64,000 bases of DNA from Guillardia theta CCMP2712 (GCF_000315625.1 NW_005434584.1:196851-260850), one strand, 5' to 3'; numbered from the stretch's first letter, positions 21,983 to 36,160 are shown. The notes: generated by a model from the letters alone, not told the origin. Program-made: numbers and translations.

Positions 21983-23590
21983 ATGAAACCATCACAAATC
22001 TGTTTGACAAGTACGAGATCGGCAAGCTGTATCCAGCGCCAGGTGCTGTCAATCCTGTATGTGTCACCCTCAGACCTCACCTTGACTGGACTACCGATGC
22101 TTACCTCCGCGTCCACAGTTGACTTCTACGATGAATATGGAATCAGTCCTCTATCGACCACGTCACTACATGGTTACTTCACCACAATCTCTGGTAACAA
22201 CATCCTGAACTCTGCCTACAACAAGGGGAGCTGTTAGCTCCAGTGACGCCCCCAGGGGTACAGATCTACACCAAGCAAGATACGGAAAAGCGAATCTATG
22301 GGTACAAGTTAATGCTATCAAGCTGTGCTGGCTACATCGTTGATCCTTGGTTCCCACTTGCCACGATAAGATCTAGCTCCAACCTCACTCCAAACACCGT
22401 GAGGATGACTGTGGAACTGCAACCAAACTATGCTCTGACATCGAGCCAGGCGGTGACAGTCTCGTGGCTCATTGGGTTCTTCGCCTCTCTTGATACATGT
22501 ACCTGCAGGATCAGCAGAAATGGAGAGTATGTGATTGTTGTTTCAAACACAATCAGGGGAAACATCCATGGAAGCGACTTTTTTGCTTCAACATAAACCT
22601 TCAAGAAGAATGAGTTCAAGATGACCTATCTGCAGTATGGAGTTGGTCAGGGCGCTTCTGCAACAGCGACAATCTCGAGCAGAGTGGTTACTGCCATCAC
22701 CATAACCGATCCTGGACATGCATAGTATATCACTCCTGGGGATCGTCACCCCTGCAGCAGCCGAGACTGGAACCGTGACTACATCTGAGGCTCAGGCTTA
22801 TCTCTATGACAGGAGCATCTACACTGTTCAATTTCAGATTCAGAATCCAAGCGCAGAGCAGTCCGCACTCGAGTTACAGCATCTACATCTGCACCAGCCT
22901 ACAGGATTGAGATCACATGTCGAGTGTAATCAACCAGGGAAGTGGACGCATGGAGCTGTAGCTGTTCCTATCCCATCAGTGTTCTTGTCCTCCACCCCTC
23001 TCGGTGTCGTCATCACACAAACCTTGAACGATCATTGATTACAACCCGTGATTGTTGCCAAGAGCGCGAGGGTGGAGCCGGGTCAGTCATTGACTATCAC
23101 CATTCCTGGATACGATACAGGTTCAAGTCTTGCCCCAAGGATGTGAACGCATACATCACTCCATCTACCGAGGACGTGGCCAAGACTATTGCGAAGAGAA
23201 CGAGGTACTACTACGCTACCTCGCTGCCAGTGAAGAGCTCGTATGTGAAGGGAGACGGAGTGAGGGGAATGGTGATCACTGGCAGCACATTGACTGGTGA
23301 CTGCAGCATCAAGTACGTGGAGGCTCCCCAGAGCATGGGAGGAAACAAGCCGGAGGTTCGATTTATCTCCGATACGATACACAGCTCTACCGCAGTTCAT
23401 CGGTCAGTGTGTGACGAGCGCAGGGTCGAGGAGCTACTTCAACGGAGTTTCTATTGTCGAGAAGCACAGGATTCTGGGAAGGAATGATAAAGAGAGAAAG
23501 ATTCTGACTCGAACATTTGCAATCACATATTTTCTGAGGGATAGACTCTGGGCCATTCAGAATTCTGATAGGGTCATACAAGTCGGCTGA
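21983..23590 (+). pseudogene. Disrupted fragments of large S/T-rich extracellular-type proteins
   Basis: Short broken ORFs with beta-rich S/T segments (ATIRSSSNLTPNTVRMTVELQPNYALTSSQAVTVS; YTVQFQIQNPSAEQS) and no continuous frame. Confidence 0.4.
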
Positions 23591-24371
23591 CATCCTTCTT
23601 GTCGATACTCTCAGTGTAAGTCTACGACAACGCCAACCTTGACTTGGGGCTCGATCGCCGTCAAGATCTTCACACCGTTTGAGAAATTGTTGACAAAGTG
23701 CGCCAATGTCAAAGAATGAAACTTGGTTTTCGGAGCCAACTTCAGGGAATCAGAAACCTCTGTCTCGTCCAGCTGCAGTCACTCAAATTTCTTCCTGTAG
23801 ATCGTTGAATGGCCAACCTCATTCGACAGCATTAAAAGTAAATTGTTTCGAGCTCTTGCAGGAATACATCAGATAAGGCCAGAAAACTGAACAGCAAACA
23901 ATGTCATCGTTGTTAATCAAGATTCCGTTCAGTCCGTGGAAAATTTGGATTTCCTTCCACTATCACACTGGTAGAAGGATATTTTGATCTCATCGCATTG
24001 ATCCTTGAGGAGATGGAGCGATTTTTGTCATCATTGTTCGCAACAATGATAGTGAGGCTCTGACAGCAGCATGCAGGGGATATGGCCTCCCTGACAAGTT
24101 CATGCTGGGTCCCTCGAAGGCCAGGGGTGAAGATCTTGAATCGCTCAGTCGTATTTAGATGCTAATTGGTAATTTGCAGTCTCCTTTCAAAACGTTTTGT
24201 GGCTTTTGATTATCTGGGCGGTAACTGCTGTTTTTGTGAAAATGCAGTACTTGATTATAGGTACAATTCTTAATACGGAACCAATGCAGCAGATCATTGT
24301 AATTTTGAGCAGAAAAGCTTTCCAAGGGCAAGAGAAAAGTTTCTGTCCCTCCTGCACTCGAGTGCCAGCGA

Positions 24372-25005
24372 TCAATTTCCATACAAGTTTCTTGCATCTA
24401 AGGACTTCGGCGTCGAATTTTTATGAAACAAAGATTGTATTTGAAGAGATGTGTTTTGCCTGTAGTTCAGAATAATCCTGTAGCATGGAAACAACTTCTT
24501 AACGAACTGGAATTCATCGGCTGTTCTTGTTCGAATTTCTTTGAAGCCACGGATATAAGTTTTTGACCTCTCAAGCTTCTTGAAAGGACGTATGCCTGAA
24601 AACCACTTTTGCATGTGACAAATTCCTTCATCTTCCTGTATGACTCCATGACCCCCTGCACCCTTCCTGGGCCTCCCTTTGCTCAATCGTTTTTTGTTGC
24701 TGGTACAACTGCAAGGCCGAGGACAACATCCCACCAAAGTCAGGAAGCAAATTGATCATCTCCAATAGTGTAGTAGACCCACTGCGGCCAGTTCCAAAAA
24801 TGAAAAGCCACTTTCGCTTGCATGGATCACAAGATAATGCTGAATACGTCGATGAGGTTGTGTTAGCGCAATAAGAATGTGGGCACCACATCCTCTCTAG
24901 TATTTGTCTGCCGGTGCTCTCGCAGGGAGACTTATCCTTCCCGTAATGACAAGAACTGAAGCCATCGCAACAAAAACCAGGCAAGCGGAAGCATTCCATG
25001 AGCAC
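24372..25005 (-). pseudogene. Sulfotransferase-fold fragment (frameshifted)
   Basis: WLFIFGTGRSGSTTLLEMINLLP matches the 5'-PSB PAPS-binding loop. GFKEIR..KLFPCYRIILNYRQN continues in another frame. Confidence 0.6.
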
Positions 25006-25648
25006 GCCATTCCCACCTGTGAGCGATTTGAAGGGTCACCAACCCCACCATTATCCATGAAGTCGGTGTATGAATGACCCCTTCTTTTGGAATATCTCCG
25101 GTATTACATCTCAGAGGAGCTTTCGACCAGATAAAGCTTTACGACCAGACCTAGTTCCTGACATCTCTTATTTCAACATCTCTTATTTGTTTCTTATTTT
25201 TATTTCAACCAGTTTCGAATCATGATTTGACTACGATCGAGCATTCAAGTTTACTCTGCACTTTCACACGATCAAGATCATCCAGATCAAGATCATGAAT
25301 ACATTTTGCTCTGGAAAGGCGATGTGCATTTTCATTTTCAAATCTTTAGTCATCATCAAGAAAGCTAATCACAACTTTGCTTAACGCATCACTGGAATGG
25401 TTTGCAAGGCACATCGATCTGGGTCCTCTGCGACTCTCGAGTCAATCTGAACCTGTATGTTCGCCACAGTCAACTTCCATCAACTAGGGTGCTGAGATCC
25501 GTGGCTGCACTGACAAGCTGCAGATAATCTGTTACCCCTCGCAGAGCTCTGATAATCTCTTACATACCAGGTCAGATTCAACGCCCACGTGTATTTACCG
25601 TCTCGTCCCGAGTCCTCCTCCAGCATCTAGTCCCGAGTCCTCCCAACG

Positions 25649-26205
25649 GATAATCCATATGATGATAATCCATATGATGATAATCCATATGATGATAATC
25701 CACATGATGATAATCCATATGATGATAATCCACATGATGATAATCCATATGATGATAATCCATATGATGATAATCCACATGATGATAATCCATATGATGA
25801 TAATCCATATGATGATAATCCACATGATGATAATCCATATGATGATAATCCATATGATGATAATCCATATGATGATAATCCATATGATGATAATCCATAT
25901 GATGATAATCCACATGATGATAATCCATATGATGATAATCCATATGATGATAATCCACATGATGATAATCCACATGATGATAATCCATATGATGATAATC
26001 CATATGATGATAATCCATATGATGATAATCCATATGATGATAATCCATATGATGATAATCCATATGATGATAATCCACATGATGATAATCCATATGATGA
26101 TAATCCATATGATGATAATCCATATGATGATAATCCATATGATGATAATCCACATGATGATAATCCATATGATGATAATCCATATGATGATAATCCATAT
26201 GATGA
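25649..26205. repeat. 15-bp tandem array (GATAATCCA(T/C)ATGAT), ~37 copies
   Basis: Read directly from the sequence; one variable position. Confidence 0.98.
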
Positions 26206-27142
26206 TTCTTCCTCTGCCGTAGCGTTCACTGAGGGAGCAAGGTTATCACGATATGAGGACATCAGTGTAGGTGCACTGGTTCATAATGCTACTACTGACA
26301 ATCGTACAAGACGTCTTTGACAGCAGGGGGCGAACTTAAATCTACCATACGTAACTGGGTTACATAGGCTCCTTTCCTTCACTCCCATGCCTTTCCTCGC
26401 CGCTGTACCTGCAGCCATACCCTCCTGCTGGTCTATCGGGAGGGTGTCAATGAAGGCGGATGCTCTGCGAGGTACGAGGGGATGTCAACAGCAGCGGAGG
26501 AGCGCGACGGAGCTGACGATGTCAAAGTTGAGCATCAACGATAGGGATGGACTTGAGAGTTTTGAGACCCGAAGGTTAGACTCTCGATATCTCAAGAACA
26601 GTTTGAAGCTTGAAGGCATGATTACAACTCTGAAGGCTCTGACCGCTGCTTGCAACTTACTGCACGCTCACTGCCACAACTCATGCCTTGTCAGCCGCCC
26701 CAGTCATGTAGTCTAACATTTCCAGTTGGAGTGTATCTTGTGAACATATACACCAACTGCACCAACAAGTGAGTTGGGAGTATGTCTATCTTGTTAATCA
26801 TACATCAATCTCACGCATGTTGTCAATGAATGCTCACAGGATAAGATGTGTTGATGTCCCGGAAACCTTGTCCAGAACAGCCGGTGCCAGTCAGCATCAT
26901 TGATATTATCTTTGTCGTCACAAGGTTTCATCTCAGCTCTTTCTCATACTTCTTTCTGTTGTTCAATCCTATTCATCTCCTTTACTGCTTCCAGCCACTA
27001 GTGGTCGCGATAACTACCGGACAGAGCTGCTTGTCATGCTCTACTCGTCGTAGCTCGTCATTGTCATTGTGCATGATAGCATTCGGGTCAAAACCTTCAC
27101 AGAATTCTCTTCATTCTCACAGCAACGTCGCGCACTCCCACG

Positions 27143-30100
27143 TCAACTCGAGCTCAACTTTTCCAGAGTCAAGAACATCTCATCCATACTCAGCCGCTGC
27201 TCTGCCTCCTGCTTCCAACCTAGCACAGCATCAGTTGTCCTCCCCACCTCCAGCAGCAGCAGCAGCAGTAGAACCTGCGGCAATCAGCTTCTCGAGCTCC
27301 TGCCCCAGCTGCTCTCCTGTCCCTTCACCTTCAGTCCCTCGTCTACTTCGCGGTCTTCAGACCTTCACCGGCAGCCATCGCCTCCTCCTCGACCGCCCTT
27401 CGTACAGCCTCGAGGCTCGGCCTCTCACCAGCCCAGCCCACCATGCCCGGGATCGCCTGCTCTGGTCTGCCACCTGCTCAGCCGCTGCAAGGGCGCGGCA
27501 GTCTGACTAACCTGCCATGGAAGGGGCTCTCGAGCAAGACCATCTCCCACGTCTGTCCCAGCAGCAGCAGCAGCGCGTCAGTGGAGGAGCACCTAACAGC
27601 ACCCGCTTCCCTACCGTCATCGCCATGGCGTACACGTCGCACTTCTCGTCAAAGTCCTTCGACTCAGTCAGCAGCTCGTCAACCCTCCGCTGCCCGGCGT
27701 GCCCACCTGACCCCGGTGAACCTCCGGCGCCACGTAGTGAAGAGTCCCAGCCTGAAGGAGAGAGTGGGGAGGAGAAGAGAGGCGGAGTGGAGGAGGTAGA
27801 GGAGAAAAGTCAGCGGACGCAGTCGCGCTGGGAAAGGAGAAGAGGGAAAGGACAAAGGAAGAGTGTTAGGAGGCTGCTGGAAGAGGCAGCAGAAGGAGTG
27901 TGGGAACGGGGGGACGGGGAGGAGAGAGGATTGAGGGGGGGGGAGGACAGTGGAAGAGGCAGGAGAGAGGGAGGGGCAGGAGGGCTTTGAGGGCGCTTGA
28001 CCGTGTGCGTTGTGTTCATACGGGTCCTCCACTTGTCTCGTGCTAGACCGAAGTCACAAACCTTGACCGACCAGCCGTCAGCATGTCGGGCGAGCGACGG
28101 AGAGGAAGAGAGCACAGCTGGGAACCCTCAACGTCCCTCCTCTCCCAGCTCACCTTGACTCTCTTCCTGTCTCTAGAGAGAAGGAAGTTTTCCGGCTTGA
28201 CGTCTCGGTGGACTATAGCTGGGCTCTGAGGACCAATGAGGTGGGTGGAGGAAAGGGGGACAGACCTGGTGGTGGAGGAAGAGTAGCCCACAGGCTGCCT
28301 GCGCGCAGATCGCCAGCCGTTCCTTGAGCGGGCTGAGCACACAGTGACGATGAGAGCAGCGACATTGCAGAGGGCAGGTGAAAGAACGAGCAGAAACGCT
28401 AGAATGAGACAGGAGGAGGCGGGAGAGAGCAGCCAGTCAGGAGAGGAGAAGAGGAGGGGAGAGACGGGAAACGGAGGGAGGGGGGGGGAGAGAGGGGAGG
28501 GGAAAATCTTTGACCTCTCTGCGCCAACTTGCCGCATGAAAGTTCTGTCACGTGTTACTTCCGAGGGACAGGTAAAGGTCAAAGTTGACCTGAGGTCCCA
28601 GTGGAGCAGCTCGGTAACAACTGACATGCTGCTGTCCTGCTGGAAAGACCCGAAGAACTCTGACACCGGAGTCATCCTCCCCCTCCTCCTCCTCCTCCCC
28701 ACATTCCCCATTCACCACAACCACCTCCTCCTACCAATCCCCCGTCCTCTCCTCCTCATCCCCTGGTCCTCCTCCTCCTCCCGTCCTCCTCGTTGTTCAA
28801 CAGACTTACGGACTACGTTGGGATGCCTCAGCTTGCACAACTTCTCGACCTCCAGGACCGTCATGCTCTTCCCCTCACTCACTCCCTCTTCTCACCTCTC
28901 GCATGAAAGAGCCAAGAAACTCCTCTCGGGCATCTCCAGGTGCACTCCATTCAGCTGGGAGAGGAACGCGGCAGCAAGACCTGAAGAAGACGCAGACTTG
29001 TCGATCTCCTTGACTGCCACTGGCGAGCCAAACCACGTCGCCTGTACGGGCTGAGCAGGTGGTCCAGCAGAACCTCTGAGCTCCATTTTCTCACCTCCCA
29101 GACGGTTCCCATCGACCCCCTCGCTATGCACTGCTCGATCACTTCAGCCACGAGACAGTTCACAGAAAGTCGTTCCTCCTCCTCCTCTCCCCTTTCCCTC
29201 TTCCATCCTCCACTCACTTTCTACTCATGCTCCCTCTTGCTTTTCCTGCTCCTCTGCCTCCTTCACTCAATCTCGCTCCCTCTCAGCCCATAGCCATTCA
29301 TGGCTGCCTCAACCGCCACCCCCTCCTCCTCCCTCTCACCTCCCCTTTCCACCTCTACTCACCCGCTGCTTCTTGATACTCTTTATGTCTACCTCCCACA
29401 GCGAGAGGAGATCTAGCTTGGCTGACTTCCCCTCGTACTGCCCTTCCATCAGCCCAGCGCCGCCATCCGTCGAAGGATCAGGAGTGCTTGAACCCACAGC
29501 AGGCTCTTGTTGCTCCTGCTCCTGCTCCTGCACCCCCCTGTCCTTCTTCGCATCTCCCAGTGAATCTTCCCCCATGTCTGCTCCTCTTGCCCTCGCGTTC
29601 CCAGTCTGTGTAGCGAGAGCAGTGAAAAGCATGGGGAGAACATACATGAGAAGGAAGAGGAGGAGATGGATGAGGGGAGGAGTGGCCCCCCAGGGGGAGC
29701 TGGGGGAAGGAAGGGGGAGGAGCGTGAGGGAGGAGGAGGAGGAGGAGGAGGAGGAGGAGGAGGAGGAGGAGAAGGAGAAGGATGGGGATGAAACCTGCTG
29801 CAGCTCGTTCTTTAGCCTTGCGTTCTCGTGCTAGGACCAATCTTCACAGGCAGGAGGAGCGAACGAGAACGTCACCTGCGCCTTGGACAGCAGCTCCTCC
29901 ATCCTCTCTATCCTCTTCGATAGCACGTCAAGATCCTGTCATCCCCTCACCTTCATGCCCTGCTCGCCCCCACAACCACTCACTCGGTGTTGGTTGCTTC
30001 CTACCCCCTGGGAGATCTCGGCTCGATGCGACATGCGCGGGGAGGAGCGGGAGAAGGAAGGATTGGCAGCGAGCGACGCGATCGACGCGACCCCGTTGCT

Positions 30101-31309
30101 CCCTCGAGCGTTCGAAGACTGCGCATCCTCTTGTAAGCCCTCACTGCTCTTGCCCCTGCTCCATCGCCACACGTCAAGTCTGGCAGGCTGCTTGCTAGAA
30201 GATTGTACCTCGCGCTCAGTGCCTGGCCCTCGGAGCCGCTCCTCGACCTACCCGAACCTCGACGGTCAAGCGAGCAGACAGATCTCCCTCCCTCTCCCCT
30301 CCCCTCCGAAGTCCCATGCTCTTCTCTGCTTCATCTCCTTCCTCCCTCTCCTCGTCTCCTTCTTGTCCTACTCGTCAGCTCTCTCCTTTCCGTCTCATCA
30401 TAATTCCTTTCCCCCTCCTTCTAAGTTCCCTTCCTCCCTTTTCTCCCCCTCCCCTCCTCTTCTTTCCCTCATTCCCTTCCTCCGTCTCCTCCTTCCTCCC
30501 CCTCTTGCCAAGCCCTTTCCCTCCTCCACCTGGTACTCAGTGCTCCATCGGTCGATGCCCGGGGCGAGGCCCCGTCCACAGACGCGTTCCTGCTCTCTCC
30601 GCTGCATTCGCGGGAGGGACAGGACGAGTTTCTCTCCCTGCTCCGAGCCGTCTGACGCACGTGGCTCCCCGCGCTTGCCTCCACATTCTCCTCGCTCGCA
30701 GCACTGGTTCGACCCTCCTGCTGCTTCCCCTTGTTCTCCTCCGTCGTCCTCCCCAGCAGGTTGCTCAGGAAGTGGTTCAGTGACAGGCGGGGAACGCTAG
30801 CAGCAGCTGAGCTCCTCTTCTCAGCTCGCAGGGGCTCGTCCGCCTCGTCCTGTAGGGCCTCGTTCTTCCCCTTGGTCGAAGTTTCCTCCGTGACGCTGTC
30901 AAGCACGAACTGCATCGCTGGGGGTCAGCTGGGGGTGAGCAGAGGAGGAGGATGGTCGAGATCATGAGGAGTGGGCTCGGTGATGAGAAGGGGAGCAGGT
31001 GAAGACCGGAGGGCGAGGCGGATGGGATGGTTGGAGAAGTATGAAGGCGTTTTGAGCTGAAGGTGGCAGAAGAAGTGGAAGTGGAAGTGGATGTAGATGT
31101 AGATGTAGATGTGGACACTATTGATAGATGAGGTTACAGAGGAGGAGTTGTGTAAGAAAGATAGAAATCACGCATGAAGGATGAGAAAGAGAACGAGAGA
31201 GACAGGGAGGAGAGTACGAATGAGAGGACGATGGCGATGACGATGGCGAAGGAGTGCTAGCCAGCAGGAGGAAGCGGAGCAAGGAGAGCATGTTCAACAA
31301 GGAGTGCAT
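27143..31309 (-). CDS. Multi-exon tyrosine-kinase-like (TKL) protein kinase with an upstream transmembrane segment
   Basis: Motifs WEVDIKSI, IARGSMGTVWE, PVAVKEI, LRHPNVV, VVTELL, IVHRDVKPENFLL, KVCDFGLAR, GTLHYVAPE, KCDVYA and WEMVLLESPFHG; ends ...LEKLSSS*. TM-like LIHLLLFLLMYVLPMLFTALA at ~29610-29675. The 5' end is uncertain. Confidence 0.88.
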
Positions 31310-31531
31310 GACGACGAGCTTCTCTTCCTCTCACGGCACCATCGCCTCCCTCCCCGCCTCCCTCTCCTCCTCACCCCATCCATGTTGCGCAACCTCCGAA
31401 TATCACCCTGGGACTACCCCACCCCTTCATTCGTATTAAATATGACCCCTCCTTGCCGACTTCCGTCCAAAATATGCAGGAGGAGGAGGAGGAGGAGGAT
31501 CAGCAGCAGGATCAGGAGCAGCTGTAGGAGG

Positions 31532-31747
31532 ATGATGGAGAGGGTTCGACGAGGGTTGGGATGTCATTCCTTCTGGTCCAGGCGCTTGTACAAGAAGTTG
31601 GTCAAATCAGCCTTCCCAAGGTGACTTCCTGCTTCTCGTTGCTCGTTGCTCGTTGCTCCTGCTCCTGCCCCTTACCCTGCTGCTCCTGATCCTGCTCCTG
31701 CTCCTGCTCTCGCTCCTGCTCTCGCTCCTGCTCCTGCTCCTGCTCTC

Positions 31748-31794
<47 letters not shown>

Positions 31795-34700
31795 CTGGTC
31801 TCTGCACTCGCTCTTGCTCCTGCTCCTGCACCCTGGTCTCTGCACTCGCTCCTGCTCCTGCTCCTATTTGATTCCATGCCCAGGTCGCTGCAAGCGAGCG
31901 AACCCGATGGCAGCGCGTTGGAGGCGCTGACTGTGCATGCTCTGACGAACCCCAAGATGCTGCCCAAGATCGTGCTCTACCTGGAGAAGATCGTGAGCAA
32001 GAAGTTTGCGCGGAGGGAGCAGCAGCAGCTGCAGTGCGCCGTGAAGATCCTCCTCACCCTCATCCAGACTTGCCACCTCGAGCTCCGACGCTTCTCGGAG
32101 AACGTGGTGAGGGTGACCAAGTTCCTCCTGCGGCAGGTGGAGCTGCCAGAGCTCTATCCCCTCGGCTGCGAGGTCTTCATCAAGTTCGCGAGCTACCAGG
32201 ACGGGGCCAACCTCAGCCTCGTCCTCTCCCCCTTCATCGACGACATCGTCCGCCTCAGCCATGACTCCCAGACCCGTCCTGACCTCAGGCTCAGCATCAG
32301 GGAGGCCGGGCTCAAGGCAATGGCCGTGGTAGTCCGCCTCCTCGACCTGTCGCTGGCCGAGCACTTTGCCAAGCTCATGCCGGCGATCCTGGTGAACATG
32401 AACGTGCCTTCCTCGCTCGATGGCGAGGGGATCGATAGGCGTGTGAAGGAGGCGGCGTCGCGGCTGTTCCGGCAGGTGTGTCAGTGTCTGCGGCCTGCGC
32501 TCTCTCAGTTCATCCTGAAGCCCTTCTTCTCCTACCTGGACGGCACCAACGCCTGGAGCCAGGGCAACGACGTGAACTGCTTCGCGGTCGAGAGCCTGAA
32601 GCTGCTCATGGCGAGCATGGAGCCTCAGCACAACTACCTCCTCTTCCTTGAGATGAGCCGACGGGTCGAGGGCTGCAACCGAGCCCGCGCCGACCTTGTC
32701 GTGACTCTCTGCATAGTTCGCGCCATCGCCGCCATGGCGGGGCTGGTGCAGGGAACACCCGGGCCCTCGTTCTACAAGATCTTCACGAGCATTCTGTCGC
32801 TGTTCAGCTACCAGCTGGAGATGGCCAAGAAGAACAGGGAGCTGACTGGAAACTCGAGGCCCAAGACGAGCCTGAGCCCGGTGGACAAGATGAAGCTACT
32901 GGAACAGGCGTTCAGACAGGCCGCGGAGGCAAACGCGAGCAGCGTGCGGGATGCTGGGGGTGTGCTGAGGATCCTGGATGAGTGTCAGACGTGCTTCGAG
33001 AGGATGGGAGGAGCTTTCAGCGGGTCCCCCCAGCACCTCGATGCCATGCAGCAGCTGATAGAACGTGCGGCTGCCGTGACGAGGAGAGGGGAGGAGAAGT
33101 CAGGAGAGGGGGGCGAGGAGGGGGAGGGAGCGAGGGAGGAGGAAGAGGATAGTCGAAACTTCCTGCTGGGCTACTACGTGCGGGCGTTGAAGGCTCTCGT
33201 CAACGAGGGGATCCTCCTCCCCCCTGGCAAGAACACTCCCTCCTATCTCATCGACTTTATCATCAACCTCCTGTCTGCGTCCTCCCCGTCCCTGCGCGAC
33301 CTCGCGGTCGGTTGTCTCCGATTGACGGTCTGCTGTGTGCGAGAGAAGAGCTCGGGCAGCTGCAGAGACGCGGCATGGCACGAGCATCTCTCCCCCTCCG
33401 ACCAGCTGAACATCGTCAAGACCTTCATGCTCGGCATGACTTCCTCCCGAGCCACCCCCCAGGACCTGGTCCGCTCCTCCTCCTTCCTGTCCTCCCTGGC
33501 GCGCAGCGGGCCGGAGCGATGGGTGGAGCTGGTCCTGCCATGGCTCATGGAGATGCAGAGGAGCATTTCGACCTCCAAGCAGCTCGAGGACGCTCAGGAG
33601 GAAGCTGAGAACTCGATGCTGCACGTGAAGCCCCTGCAGGCCATGTGGCTCCACTCAGTGATCGCGTCTTGCATCCTGTCCCTTGCCCACGCGTCCAAGA
33701 ACGAGGCTCTCGCCTCCTACGTCCACCAGGTCAACCAGTGACGTGGAGGCGTCAGCCTTGACCGCTGCTCCAGGTGCTCGCCGAGAGAAGACAACCCGGG
33801 ATGACCTGCAGGTGTGCCTTGCGCCTCTCTGACGTGTCGGTGCTGACGAGAGCCAAGGGAGCTGAGAATGAACGACGAGGGTGAGCTGGAGTTGGTCTCC
33901 GAGCCATCCAGCCAGCCAGAGGTCGCTTCGGAAGCCAAGGCCGAGCTCACCTTCGAGCAGCTCGAGGGGCTCGCGAGCGAGGACGCGGGCGGATCGACGA
34001 GCATGGCGCTGCTGGATGTCAACGAAGTTTGCAGTGCTCTCGGCACTGGACCACTCCTGCTCGCCAAGGACCCGAGCTCCTACCCCGCCCTGCGCCGGTC
34101 GATCCTCCTCCTCCTCGACCCCAGCTGCTGGGCCCGTTGACTCCTCGCAGACTGTCCTCGAACCCTCAGGATGTCAAACTGGTCTCGCCCAGCAGGCATG
34201 AGGTCGACTCCAGCACCATCACCTCCGACTGCAGCTATTCAGCCTCGGCCGGGCTGATGCCGCCGGTGCTGCCCCATGCTCAGGGCCTTGCTGTACTTTT
34301 GACTTGCCACAGGAGCTCGCGGCGCATCCGATCTTAGAGGAGGGGAGCGTCGAGAGCAGCCGTCTCAGGTTCCAGCTGGGAGGTTGATGCAGCTGGTGAC
34401 GCGAAGCAGGAAGGAGTCCTTGCATCCCGCCAAGCTCTTGCGAGCTGCGATCCAGGAGGGGGCTGAGCTGAACTCCAGCACGGTGAGCTCAATGCTGTTG
34501 GTTCAGAGACTGAGTCAAGTCAGGACGTCCCGCATGGCTTCGAGGGGCTGCGGCGGCTGATTGAGGAGGAGCACAAGCGATCCCGAGGGTTCAAGACCAG
34601 GTTGCCCCCAGCTCACTTCCGGCAGGTTCAGCGTTGTGATCTGCTGCTTGCAGGCTGTTGCGCGGGGAGCTGAGAAAGGAGACGGGAGGGAGGGTAGGAG

Positions 34701-34827
34701 GAGAGGAGAGTTAACTGCACCGCTCACCCTCGTGGCAGCAGCGGCTTCACCTGCTCCTGCAGGACTCGGCGAATGATCGGAGGACGACGACGATTCTGTC
34801 GTCAAGGCGACAGCGAGGGGAGCATGA
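31532..34827 (+). CDS. EFR3: EFR3 homolog (PI4K-IIIalpha plasma-membrane anchor, ARM-like)
   Basis: Exon 1 (31532-31620) RRLYKKLVKSAFP, spliced to exon 2 (from 31884) LEALTVHALTNPKMLPKIVLYLEK...ILLTLIQTCH, matches the EFR3 N-terminal pattern RYKxLVxxxFP...KLxxYAxxxPxKLxxIxxYL. The 3' exons are approximate. Confidence 0.85.
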
Positions 34828-35008
34828 GGTGGATTGGATGAGGGACTGAGCCAAAGGGGAACGAGCGTGCGAGGGTCAGGGAAGAGCGTCAGGCTGCGTT
34901 TGAGATGCTAGGCAGGACAGCAGTGTATTTTGTTGTACATAGAATCTCGTATTAAGCAAGTCCCCTTCCACTTGGTGGAGGGTCATCGTACCAGAGTAGT
35001 GGTGTGAG

Positions 35009-35097
35009 AGGAGGAGGAGGGGGGAGGAGGAGGAGGAGGAAGGAGGAGGAGGAGGAGGAGGAGGAGGAGGAGGAGGAGGAAGGAGGAGGAGGAGGAA
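35009..35097. repeat. (GGA)n microsatellite
   Basis: Read directly from the sequence. Confidence 0.95.
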
Positions 35098-35972
35098 GAT
35101 AGAACCGATCAAACAAGGCACAACAGCAAAGTTTTACTTTAAAACATTTACCAGACTCAAAGAACTTTTCTTGTAGAATGTGATAAGGTTGACTAGAATC
35201 ATCAAAATCTCAGCAATGAAAATATCAACACTCCTTCTCTCTTCCATCTCTTGTGATTTTCAGCCACCCAAAAGCAACTTCATGACCATCTTTCATGAAT
35301 ATCTTTGCTTTTCTTTTCAAGGAGAGTATGAGCAAACAAATTCATCAACTACAGGAAACACAACAGAGTCTCTAATCTGCTGTTAGGTCACAACTTGTGA
35401 CTCCTTTGACAAACATTCTTTCACCGATACTGATCCTTACTGCATCATACATGTAAGATACAAGCAAAGGAACTCGAAAAGATATTACAAGTCACTTGCA
35501 TCAAGATGTGCTACATCATAAGTATGACCCACACCAATGATCTTTTCAATCAGCTTCCGCCGCACCTTTCAACACTCAACACATTGGCCTGTATTACGTT
35601 TGCATCGTGATCGTGATAGGGAGAATGCGATATACCTTGGAGGAATTACTAGGCAGAGATGGAATTCATTGTGATAGACAGAAAGTAAGAAGTGGGTATG
35701 TCGATGGCGATAGTGTTGTATGGAGGTCCTGAGCCGACAGCATGGAGTGTGTAGGGTGAGGGGTGGGATGATGCTAGTCACGGAACACGGTAGATGTCCC
35801 ATGGGATCCACTTGTTTCCTCGAATAAAGAGAACACTGCACCAAGATCGTGAGCATTCAGAGGTAGGAGCTGCATGAATGTGATTTGATTCTAGAGGGAA
35901 GAATCAGGAGCTCTTGGTTGAAGCAGATTCCCATCATGCCATCTCTATCATAATCTCCATCAACTCACCCAA

Positions 35973-36160
35973 CCCCTCCCTCTTCCTCTTCCTCTTCCTC
36001 TTCCTCTCCTTCCCTCTCCCTCTCCCTCTCCCTCTTCCTCTTCCTCTCCTTCCCTCTCCCTCTCCCTCTCCCTCTTCCTCTTCCTCTCCTTCCCTCTCCC
36101 TCTCCCTCTCCCTCTTCCTCTTCCTCTCCTTCCCTCTCCCTCTCCCTCTCCCTCTCCTTC
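35973..36160. repeat. Pure polypyrimidine tract containing ~4 perfect 40-bp units
   Basis: TTCCTCTCCTTCCCTCTCCCTCTCCCTCTCCCTCTTCCTC repeated from 36001. Confidence 0.92.

Noticed and set aside
25578-26262. His-rich (MDYHH)n or (MMIIH)n proteins
   Set aside because: Translations of a 15-bp array that is open in several frames, with no independent evidence of a gene.
35973-36160. Telomere-like GA repeat
   Set aside because: The position is internal and the unit does not match a telomere repeat I can support.
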